From Eukaryota sp. TZLM1-RC (Eukaryota > Protista > Metamonada: BaSk clade), in contig JAUPSS010000002.1 in assembly GCA_040285825.1 (NCBI GenBank), positions 2,914,001 through 2,978,000 on the forward strand: a stretch of 64,000 nucleotides of DNA. Direction: 5' to 3'. The position numbers and the translations under genes were made by a program. Positions within the stretch are counted from its first letter, which is position 1. Each line of letters begins with the position of its first letter. Under the pieces are notes generated by a model. It saw nothing but the letters and a program-made list of their open reading frames with translations. It did no database searches and had not been told where the DNA came from. This document shows, one piece after another, positions 22,421-32,405 of this stretch.

Positions 22421-24505
22421 ATGAACACAGAGACTTATCCTGATGCGTACCAGATTTTTCTTGATATAGCTACCTCAGAATTAACGGAAGGCGCTGCTGC
22501 TTGGAGTCCTCTTACGCTGCCACCAAGAAAGCCACCCAGACCCACTACTGTCATGTTTGGCAATGGATTGTCCCTCAATGTAAACGGTACTCTTTGTCCT
22601 AAAATGCAGTATTCTGCAGACTTTCATCGCAGTGTTGTAACTGTCTACAATCTCTGGATTGATGTCTGCTCATTTGTAAAGGAGGTTTTGAACGACAACC
22701 ATCACTTCACTAGAACCAACACGAACTCGTCTATTCCTTTTCACTTTTACATGTCTGCAAATTCTTTTCAGGACTCATTTAATTCGTTTCAGATTACATT
22801 TTGTGAGCTTGTCAAACAAAAATCCTTTCCTAAAGACGTTCAACACTATTTCGATGAACTTGACTCTGATAAGGCACAACTCGACAAGCTCAACTATCTC
22901 TATCCCTTTAATCTGGACTCTCAAGTTCCCATTAGTCTTCCTGCTTTGGCATTACTTTTGTTGTGGGTTCACGGAATAGATGTACATGTCCTTCTCAACG
23001 CGAAAAAGCTTATTCCGGCTGCCGTCTTTCGCCAGGATATCAAAAATCTTGGTCTAAAGGAGTACTTTGGACCATACTATTATTCACTCATATGGCAAGA
23101 TTTACTTCAAGAGTCCTTCGCCTCTTATCAGTCAACAGAAAAAGATCTTTTGAATGAGTTGCGTAATATTGCTCAGTTCATTGCAGTCAATCCACGAAGT
23201 GATAGTGGCCATGACATTTCGTTCCAAAATAATTATGAAAAAGCTGTTAATTCTTGTGTTGGGGATGTTTTTGGACTGTTGACTATCATTTCAATCTTAA
23301 ATTTCCAGGAAGGAAACGACAACCAAACGTCTGATCAGGCCAGTACACATGAGTTTTATTGTGGAAATTTTAAGAATTTTGTGGAAGCCAACTCATATGC
23401 TAAATTTTTGATCCAGATTGCCACTCTGTATAAGGATCACCGTGATTGCATCCGCATTGCAACAACCAATTATGATTTTCTTCTCGAAGCCATCCTTTTT
23501 CTTGGTTTTAAGTTTTACAATTCTACTAAAACCACTCATTGTTACAAACCTCAAATGGTTTGCTTTTCCACGTCACCCCGTCAATCTTCTTCTTTAGTCC
23601 AATACATTCAATGCAGCAGTCATGAGGAGATGTCTTCGTTTGATTCACTCTGTCCTGTCTTCCATATTCATGGTTCACTGTACTCATCTGGCTCTATTGT
23701 TGTTACCTACGCTGAACTATATGATCATTGCCCGGCTGTTCTTGGTGAACTTTGGATCACTATTGGACTTGGGACTACTAATGACAAGACTTTCCAGTCC
23801 ATTGCTGCGAAATCTGATTTTTCTGTTTTCAAATTTGTCGCTGATGAGGAGTCTAAAAACGGCTGCATTGTACCTGTGAATTGTAAAGATCGAGAGAGGG
23901 TTCCATCATGTGCACTCGCTTTTCTTCTCTATATTCTTAGTCGTTCCATTGAAAGAGACTTACCCTTGGATTCTTCGTTCGGTCAATTATTTCCTTGTGG
24001 TGTTCCTTATATCGATGCTGTCAATTGGGTTTCTTCCAGACACTACGATGAAGATTTGCAGTCTTTAAAAGAAGTAAAGTGTAAAAACGAAGACCACAGA
24101 AACTGCAAATTCCTCTCTAGAGATTTGTGTTTTGGATTTTACAAGAATAAAGAGGACCAAAGTGTGGGTGAAAAGATCATCTCTCTGTACTCTGTGTTTG
24201 TAGATTGCTGTTTGAACCCTAAATATAATATGCCTAGACCAATTGATCCTAGGGAGTTGTTTTTGTTTTACTTGAAGCACAAAGAGTGTAAAATCAATGT
24301 GTTATTTCAGGATTTTTGCAAATTCGAGTCGTTTCATAAGAACAACACTAGTGACATTCAGCAATTAGGCATTACCGATTCTTATTTTATCATTTGGAAC
24401 TCGTGCAAATCCTTTTGTCTCTTCTTACCTATCATACTCGAAGAGCCTTACAACAAACTCAAACCCCATTTTGATCATACAAGCCCAAAATTTTTGGCCA
24501 CTTGA
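22421..24505 (+). CDS. SIR2-like (SIR2_2/AbiH-type) domain protein, 694 aa, no introns
   Basis: Ordered motifs VMFGNGLS, IATTNYDFLLE, VFHIHGSL and ITIGLG..ND, with a large insertion between the first two. Confidence 0.72.
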   Translation: MNTETYPDAYQIFLDIATSELTEGAAAWSPLTLPPRKPPRPTTVMFGNGLSLNVNGTLCPKMQYSADFHRSVVTVYNLWIDVCSFVKEVLNDNHHFTRTNTNSSIPFHFYMSANSFQDSFNSFQITFCELVKQKSFPKDVQHYFDELDSDKAQLDKLNYLYPFNLDSQVPISLPALALLLLWVHGIDVHVLLNAKKLIPAAVFRQDIKNLGLKEYFGPYYYSLIWQDLLQESFASYQSTEKDLLNELRNIAQFIAVNPRSDSGHDISFQNNYEKAVNSCVGDVFGLLTIISILNFQEGNDNQTSDQASTHEFYCGNFKNFVEANSYAKFLIQIATLYKDHRDCIRIATTNYDFLLEAILFLGFKFYNSTKTTHCYKPQMVCFSTSPRQSSSLVQYIQCSSHEEMSSFDSLCPVFHIHGSLYSSGSIVVTYAELYDHCPAVLGELWITIGLGTTNDKTFQSIAAKSDFSVFKFVADEESKNGCIVPVNCKDRERVPSCALAFLLYILSRSIERDLPLDSSFGQLFPCGVPYIDAVNWVSSRHYDEDLQSLKEVKCKNEDHRNCKFLSRDLCFGFYKNKEDQSVGEKIISLYSVFVDCCLNPKYNMPRPIDPRELFLFYLKHKECKINVLFQDFCKFESFHKNNTSDIQQLGITDSYFIIWNSCKSFCLFLPIILEEPYNKLKPHFDHTSPKFLAT

Positions 24506-24779
24506 ATCAGAATAATAGTTGATTAAACCTGATGAAGGTGGTCTGTCAATTTCTCCACTATATCCAACAAAATTGATTAATCAAGGTTCTTTTAAATTCT
24601 TTAAACTAATCAAAAATGAATATTCTGTGGAAGTAGCTTCTTTTCCATGGTGGAATCAGTATGCAGCTGAAATATATTTGATCGACTTTCTTCGTGATGT
24701 TAGTTTTGTATATTCATAAATTATAAAATAAAATTAACACAAAATTAACAAATGATATGTTTTTGGTTGAAAAGTAACC

Positions 24780-26118
24780 CAAAATTTGAACAATGTTTTG
24801 AGATCTTGTGCTCCTTCCATAGCATTAGATTTTTGTCGTTCTTTTAATTCATTGAGAACAGAATTTTTTGCTGATTTATTGGATGTAGAACCAAGAATGT
24901 TGAAAAGTCACCTATTTTCTTCAGCAAATTTGGGGGGTATTGGATTTACTAAATCTTCAATTTTGTGTCAATCAGCATTCTTGGGTGGTGGCAAAAATTT
25001 TATTTATGAATTTTCTCGTAGATTTCCTGATGATTCTCATCTGTTAGTTCCCAATTGCAGTCCCTATTTGTATGAGTTATCCTGTGAACTTGAAAAATCG
25101 CCGCCACAAATTTGGACCAAATGTTTTCCTCAATCAATTCAAGAAATTCCAAACCGATCTCTATTTAATTTACAGTTTTGCTGTAAAAAGCTTCAACAAA
25201 AATTGTCAAAGATTTTTGAAAGCTTGGATTTTGATGTTAGACTTGGCTTGGCCAAGAAAAAGAATCCCGCTTTTGCAAATCTTTTGCAAGATAGGTGTGA
25301 CAGTACTTCTTCTGCCTTAGTAACAACAATTCCACAAGTTTTTAGTACTCTCTTATCCGATTCTGCTTGGACTCTGAATATGGGATTTCGTTCCTTTATC
25401 TGGCCTGATAATTTACCTCATAATTTAATTTGTAAATGTTCTCGAGAAATTACAACTACTCATTTGTTAAATTGTAAACATTTTATTACTTTTAGAAGCA
25501 AGGTTCATGATGCTGTAAGAGACCAGTTATATTGTATGTGTAAATCTCATAGAATTGAATCCTTCTTGGAACCTCTGTTGTCAAATCTGTTTGATGCTGA
25601 AGATGATTTTCATAAGAATAATAGAGGTGATGTCATATTACCTGGATTAGATGGAAGCTTCATTTTATTGGATGTAATGTCTGTTGATCCTTGTAATGCC
25701 TCAAATGAAAGGCTTGTTATTTCTGAAATTCATAATCCCTTTTCAAATGCTGAAAATTTTAAATTCAAAAAATACAATGAACCTTTGTCCAAATTGGCCA
25801 TTCTACAGCATGCAAAATACAATTTGTATCCATTTGTATTTTCCCTTTTTGGTTCATTTGCACCAACTGCTTTACGTTTTTTGGATGATTTTGAAATGAT
25901 TGTAAAGAGAAGAACTGGCAGAAATTTCAACAGATTGTTTTGGCAAAATAGAATTGTGTTTTCTATTTTTAAGGGGATGTTGAAGATGGTTTCTGATGCT
26001 TTGCTTTCTCTTGGATCTCACTATGAGAGAGTTGCATCTAGTGTTTTTGTTTTGGGAGAGATGGATTTTTTAGATGTTGATTTATAGGTTTTGAATAAAA
26101 TTAAATTTAAATAAAAAA
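24780..26118 (+). mobile_element. 5'-truncated CRE-like retrotransposon, family C (433-aa uninterrupted ORF remnant)
   Basis: Post-RT VLRSCAP and GGIG motifs, CKC..H..C knuckle, HDAVRD, RGD..D, AE..K.KKY; AATAAA and an A-rich tail. Confidence 0.88.
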
Positions 26119-26479
26119 ATGTTTTTCAATGAATACTGAATTCTTGAGAGTGGAACTAATTTATCTGTAGGAGTCATTCGTGCACTTACCATTCGAGGTC
26201 TATTAATTAATCCTGTATGGTATCTTCTATATGCAGTTTTCGTTATAATAGGTCTGTGCTGTTTCAACATTCTATAAAATACAGTTCCACTCATTTGTTG
26301 ATTACCTCTTCTGACAAGATAAATAGCACGAGCTAACCACATTTTATCTGAATTCTCTAAACAGTTAATGCTAAACCATCAGTATAATGTCCATGGAGAA
26401 TGTCATATTACCAGAATACATGCAAAAGAACAAAGAGGGCGGATCATTTTCCAATTTTAATATAAAGGAGTTTTATAAA

Positions 26480-26810
26480 TAGCACCCCAATCTCAACCGC
26501 ATGTCTTGTTTCCGAGCTTCATTTGTTAAGTGAAGGACAAATGGGCTTGGTTGCTGACATTATTAAACTAGTGTCATTCTAGATGACTGAAAAGACGGGA
26601 TTGTTAATGTTAGTCACACTAAGTCGTTTAGAAAAATCATGGTCTTCAAAACCAATTAAAACAGACTTTTGTAATTTCACAACAGCAAGATGAAGATTAT
26701 TCAAAGGTTTTGAAGGAAAAAACTTATTCCACACATCAATAGGTTCTTTACAAAATTCATTTTCGAATCTGGGTAACCAATGGATAAACAATTAGTGAAT
26801 TGATATCAAT
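26480..26810 (-). mobile_element. Degenerate fragment of a further CRE-like family
   Basis: VWNKFFP..KLQK..DF..RL..NPVF and MRLRLG align with the pre-knuckle region of families A and C. Confidence 0.6.
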
Positions 26811-26975
26811 AACCATTTCGAGATTTTATTCCAATATTAATTTCGATTTTTTGTGAACTTAGGTTTTGGAAAAATTGGTAGAACCCCACTGAAAAAAATT
26901 TCAAAATACAATCACTGTTTTGGAAAAAAAAGAAAAGAAAAATATTTACTATTATCAAACTAAATACAAAAAAAT

Positions 26976-28760
26976 CTACATAAGAGAACATCCACCGCCA
27001 GCAAAATAATTTGGTCTTGAATAAGTTTCGTTACTTCTTTTAAAAGTCACTGGTTCTATATTGTCACCAAACTTGCCATCATTGCCAACTGAGAGGAGTA
27101 CGATTGCCCCCAAGTTATTCTGGTGCTGGTAGTTTGGGCAGCTGAATATTGTGAAAACCAGACCATCGTGCAGAGAGGTCCATCCATCGGGTACCATTTC
27201 GTGAGATCTGAATATCTTACTCAGCCCATTGATGTCAAGGAAAGCTCGACTCACCTCAGCCCCCCATTCAACTCCAAATCCACGGAAAGAAGGACGTACA
27301 CCGGGGGAAGGGGAGGGGTCAGACCAGAGGAGAGATTCGATAGTGGAGCCTTTGGGGAAGATTTCAAGCACCCTGTTTTCTTTGTTTAAGTCGTCAATTG
27401 TCAAAGAGTGACCATTCATAGACAAACCACCATGGACAACAAAGATATCTCCGTTCAATACTGTCGCAATTGGTAAATGAACAAAAGTTAAATGAAACTC
27501 GTTATACAATGGACGATGACAAGAAACGTATTTGTCCTTCAATTCTCTGGCAAACCCATAATCACAGGTACACCACCTGGTTTCGTGATTACCTCTGTTG
27601 AGAAAGACTCTGTCTGGACGGCTAATGTATAGTAAAAAGATGATCAATACAGCTTCAATTGAGTATCGTCCCCTGTCTACCCAATCACCATTGAAGACAT
27701 AAGCAGTGTTATCGGACGGAAAGCCTTGGGAGTTGAGTATTTGGAGGAGATCGTAGTACTGGCCGTGAATGTCGCCAACAACGCAAATTTTTGTCGAAGG
27801 ATCAAAACTGGGACTGACCACGTTTGGTAGTTTCGACAGCATATCACGTGCCACGGTCAAAATGTTCTTGACTGTTTCAAGACTAAACTCTGCCCCGTTT
27901 GCCAATAACTTGCTTAGGTCAACAATATCATTGACCTTCAATGACTTGATCTCTTCTTGACACTTGTCTATCACTGGTCTTGCTTTATCAACGTAGGGGG
28001 TCAGAAACACACGTAATACTGACCCGCTTTTCAAATGCTTTGAAAGACTTGTTCCACAATGAATCTCATGTTCCTCGACACCATCAATAATGCTGATTCT
28101 GCAAACAAGATGCCCAAAGTGTTGGGCAATTACACCAACAAGTGTTTCAAATGAAGTGACTGGTTGAGTAATGATTCTTGAAGGCTTCAGGGTCGACGTT
28201 GTGGAAACTTGGAATGATGTGTTGAGGGCCCAGTTTCGATCAAATTTGATTGGTTTCACGCACAACGCAAGTTCGTCCTTGTCTGCAGGAAATGGGTGGC
28301 ATATTAGGAAATATGAGGAGGGGTCTGCCGTTTGCAGAAGAGAAGGGTACAGGTCATCTGGGATGGAGATGTTGGCAGCAGACAGACGTTGGTTAAAGGC
28401 ATCAAGGTCGTTCTTGGAGAGCGTATTGAACGAACAGAGGCTGTTGAAACCGTAGTTCATGAATAGCTGCGAAATCTTCGGCGACGAAAGCGAGGTGTGT
28501 TTAAACTCGAGAAACTCGGCCACATCAAAATCCTGATGGAAGTCATGAAGGAAGACCTCATCATTTGAAACGGGGTCTTTTGAATCAACAAGGTGGCCGT
28601 CTTGGCGACGTAGAAGAGGAGCAGGGACTGGATTAACTTCCCCCGAGTAAAAACGATATATGGTGCCCAAAAGATCACCAGCTGTAGGAGAGCGCATGCA
28701 TTCAGACGAGAACTTTTCCGTCCAACCCTTGTAATTCACGGAGAGGTATGGAACTGTCAT
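26976..28760 (-). CDS. PPP-family Ser/Thr phosphatase with a PP5/PPEF-like catalytic domain, non-TPR N-terminus and C-terminal CaaX
   Basis: GDIHGQ, FNGDWVDRG, NRGNHE, HGGL, LWSDP, RSHE, FSCPNY; ends GGGCSLM. Confidence 0.9.
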   Translation of the reverse strand: MTVPYLSVNYKGWTEKFSSECMRSPTAGDLLGTIYRFYSGEVNPVPAPLLRRQDGHLVDSKDPVSNDEVFLHDFHQDFDVAEFLEFKHTSLSSPKISQLFMNYGFNSLCSFNTLSKNDLDAFNQRLSAANISIPDDLYPSLLQTADPSSYFLICHPFPADKDELALCVKPIKFDRNWALNTSFQVSTTSTLKPSRIITQPVTSFETLVGVIAQHFGHLVCRISIIDGVEEHEIHCGTSLSKHLKSGSVLRVFLTPYVDKARPVIDKCQEEIKSLKVNDIVDLSKLLANGAEFSLETVKNILTVARDMLSKLPNVVSPSFDPSTKICVVGDIHGQYYDLLQILNSQGFPSDNTAYVFNGDWVDRGRYSIEAVLIIFLLYISRPDRVFLNRGNHETRWCTCDYGFARELKDKYVSCHRPLYNEFHLTFVHLPIATVLNGDIFVVHGGLSMNGHSLTIDDLNKENRVLEIFPKGSTIESLLWSDPSPSPGVRPSFRGFGVEWGAEVSRAFLDINGLSKIFRSHEMVPDGWTSLHDGLVFTIFSCPNYQHQNNLGAIVLLSVGNDGKFGDNIEPVTFKRSNETYSRPNYFAGGGCSLM

Positions 28761-28833
28761 ACTTCAATAAACAAGGATGACCCAAAGAAAAGCGGAAAAT
28801 GGAATAACAAAATTCTTTTTTTTAAAAAAAAAC

Positions 28834-29720
28834 TTTTTTTTTCAAAAATTTAATTTTATTCTAAACCTATAAATCAACATCTAAAAAATCCATCTCTCCC
28901 AAAACAAAAACACTAGATGCAACTCTCTCATAGTGAGATCCAAGAGAAAGCAAAGCATCAGAAACCATCTTCAACATCCCCTTAAAAATAGAAAACACAA
29001 TTCTATTTTGCCAAAACAATCTGTTGACATTTCTGCCAGTTCTTCTCTTTACAATCATTTCAAAATCATCCAAAAACGTAAAGCAGTTGGTGCAAGTGAA
29101 CCAAAAAGGGAAAATACAAATGGATACAAATTGTATTTTGCATGCTGTAGACTGGCCAATTTGGACAAAGGTTCATTGTATTTTTGAATTTAAAATTTTC
29201 AGCATTTGAAAGGGGATTATGAATTTCAGAATTAACAAGCCTTTCATTTGAGGCATTACAAGGATCAACAGACATCACATCCAATAAAATGAAGCTTCCA
29301 TCTAATCCAGGTAATATGACATCACCTCTATTATTCTTATGAAAATCATTTTCAGCATCAAACAGATTTGACAACAAAGGTTCCAAGAAGGATTCAATTC
29401 TATGAGATTTACACATACAATATAACTGGTCTCTTACAGCATCATGAACCTTGCTTCTAAAAGTAATAAAATGTTTACAATTTAACAAATGAGTAGTTGT
29501 AATTTCTCGAGAACATTTACAAATTAAATTATGAGGTAAATTATCAGGCCAGATAAAGGAACGAAATCTCATATTCAGAGTCCAAGCAGAATCGGATAAG
29601 AGAGTACCATAAACTTGTGGAATTGTTGTTACTAAGGCAGAAGAAGTACTGTCACACATATCTTGTAGAAGATTTGCAAAAGCGGGATTCTTTTTCTTGG
29701 CCAAGCCAAGTCTAACATCA
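28834..29720 (-). mobile_element. 5'-truncated family-C retrotransposon inserted in the 3' tail of a family-A copy
   Basis: Near-identical to 25232-26100; a T7-A8/9-CT motif is repeated on both flanks. Confidence 0.85.
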
Positions 29721-29739
29721 TTAAAATTTTTTTAAAAAA

Positions 29740-30727
29740 AACTGGATTATTTATTGAGATAAAAATAACCATCTAGAATTCAATATCCTCCAAACAAGCG
29801 TCACTATTACTGAACCTACTCACAGCATTACGTTCATATTCTACACCGATAGCTAAAAGTGCCTTTGAAATCATTGTAGGAATAGACTTGAAAATGCAAA
29901 AAACAATTCTATTTAACCAGAAAGTGGAGTTCATTGTTTTACCAGACCTAATCAGTAACACTTTTTTAAAATTTTCCAAAAAGTGCAAGCCTGAAGGTCC
30001 AATATTGCCAAAAAGAGAAATTGCAAACGGCACAAACAGATATTTCACATGTTCCACTCTACCTAACTGAGCCAAAGGTTCTTCATATTTTTTTATCTTC
30101 TTTTTTTCGGCGTAAGATAACGGCGAATCAGCGGAATACACTAAACGAGCAGCAGAATTTTTGCAAACATCAACTGAGACAACATCTACAACATTGACAA
30201 CACCATCGATCCCTGGAGCTACTCAGTCTGCCCTTCTTTTACCAAAAGAATCATCAGCTTGATCTGAAGACAGCTTATGTACTGATAGCTCAATAAATGC
30301 CTCCATATTGAAACTTTTGCACATGGCATATAATTGATCACGAACTGAGTCATGAACAATTGAGCAAAAAGTTATAAAATACTTACAGTTTAAAATATGG
30401 GAAAGCGTAACAACACTCTTGCAGCGACAAATTAAATCATTTGGTAATGAACAAGGCCATAGAAAACATCTCATTCTCATTGCAGTGGTCCATTGGTGAT
30501 CATTAAGTAGAAGGCCATAAATGTTGGGAATTTGGGAGATTAGGCAACATGAACAACTGTCTTCAAGATCAATCAAAAAGTTTGCAAAAACGGGTTTTTT
30601 CCCTTAGCCAAGCTGAGACGTACAATATAATCCAAGTTTTCTAAAACTTTCAAGATTTTTTTCTGCAATTTTGCAAAAGTCAGTGGTAAGGAGAGCAAGT
30701 TTCTTGAAGGAAGTTCCACAATATCAG
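29740..30727 (-). mobile_element. 5'-truncated family-A CRE-like retrotransposon
   Basis: Near-identical to 1-1070; CRC..H..C, HDSVRD, RRAD, AEKKKIKKY. Confidence 0.85.
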
Positions 30728-31437
30728 GTTATCAGGTTCCACATTAAAATTCTTGAAATACAAATAGATTGGTAGAGAAGCTTCTCACTTTAATTCGAGA
30801 TACTGGGATACTGTGATCTTCCAATCTTGCAGATTTATCAAGTGTTTCTGTTGTACATGAACCCGCACCTATTGAAAGAGATGGCAAACTAATGATGGAA
30901 ATAATTATTACTTGGCGTCATCAGACATTTTCTACTTCAATATCGTTCAATCCCTATAAGAAAAGTGCATTTGAGACGGGTGGCCAGGGATGTTTACATG
31001 CATTGTCATGGAACACTGTTTGTGAAGAATTGTTCAAGCAAGCACTTGATTTTTACCACAGAAAATAGTTTAGAGACCAACACAATTAGGGTGAATTGTA
31101 TAGACTAGCAAGTTACTTATAGTGGCACAATTTAAATAATTGTAGAATACTGTGATTGCTTGTTTCAGTTTTATATTTTTTAGAATGGACCATGCCAAAC
31201 CTTGGTCTTTTCTTTTCACTCTTCCTTATCATATTAAAACCCACTAAAAAGTGGACCTTGTCTTTATCAAATTAATCATGTTTACATTCGAATACTTACA
31301 CTAATACACTTTGGCCAAACGAATAACGACAATGCTAAACAGTTGTAATTATCAGTAAATACAACCCAACTATTATAATTGTCGAGCTCAAAATGCCACG
31401 TCATCATTATTGCCACAAAACCATGCTTTTATTGCCA

Positions 31438-32405
31438 CTATTCCATTGGAGCTTCCTCACTATTATTACTACTCTCGTTCGTTTCCTCCTTTTCCTCTCC
31501 TTCTTCAAACTCTTCTTTCAACTTTCTTTCCAACCGAATCTGGGACTCTCTGTTCAGAATAACATCATGAATAGCAGTGAGTGAACGCCCTATCAAACCC
31601 ATAAGTACAGTGAGTTGGTTTTCATTGGTGAGTTGAGCAAGGTCTTCTTTAACAGCGGTGCTCAACAAAGGTAGGTCGTATAACACTTCTTGTAAAAGAT
31701 TAACAATTTCAGATTTAGGTTTGGGTGTCTTTTCTAAATATTCACATACAATTTCTAAATTTCGAGAAAGAGCAGTTAAACCATTGATCCTCCCCTCCCT
31801 CATGGTACTGAGGTCTGAGATTTCTACTCCTTTAACGTCCCGGAGTAAGTGTTCAATACCAATTTCTTCAGCAATTTGTTGTCCCATTCTGGTCTGAATA
31901 GCGTCAAAGGTTTCAGTTGGTTGTTCACCAGGTGTGCGAGAGGTAACTTGTTTGATGAATGCACGAGCAGGGAACTCTTTCGTCTCCATAACAGTAACTA
32001 AAAGGTAAACAGGATCGATCGGAAGTGACATAAGTCTATGTACAAGTTTGTGGATGGCCAAATCAAGGGCCACTGGAGAAGGACCGGTTGAGTACCAGCC
32101 CACGATCTGTTCTTTGACTGGGATGAGTGTAGGAGAAGAATAACGATACTATTGACTTTTTGTTGCATTTTAAACATTGTTTCTGCAAACTGATGATCGA
32201 ACATCCAGACTTTGGGATCGCGGGGATTTTCTTCAAATGGGACTGCAAAGCAATTTGTTATATCCACAACTCCTCTGTTGACTGTGCCAAGAAGAAGGCC
32301 ACATACACGCTGTTTTGGACCGCGAGAAACACGTTTGTGGTGATCTGATACTGAAAGGAGGACAAGAGGATGTACAATAGCAAGTGATGGAGATGGAGAT
32401 GTCAT
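31438..32405 (-). CDS. RPN8: 26S proteasome lid subunit Rpn8 (PSMD7); one 32-nt intron at 32118-32149
   Basis: VHPLVLLSVSDH..RVCGLLLG..NCFAVPFEE..WMFDH; the splice gives KVNIKEQIVGWYSTGP; also AEEIGIEHLLRDV. Confidence 0.95.
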
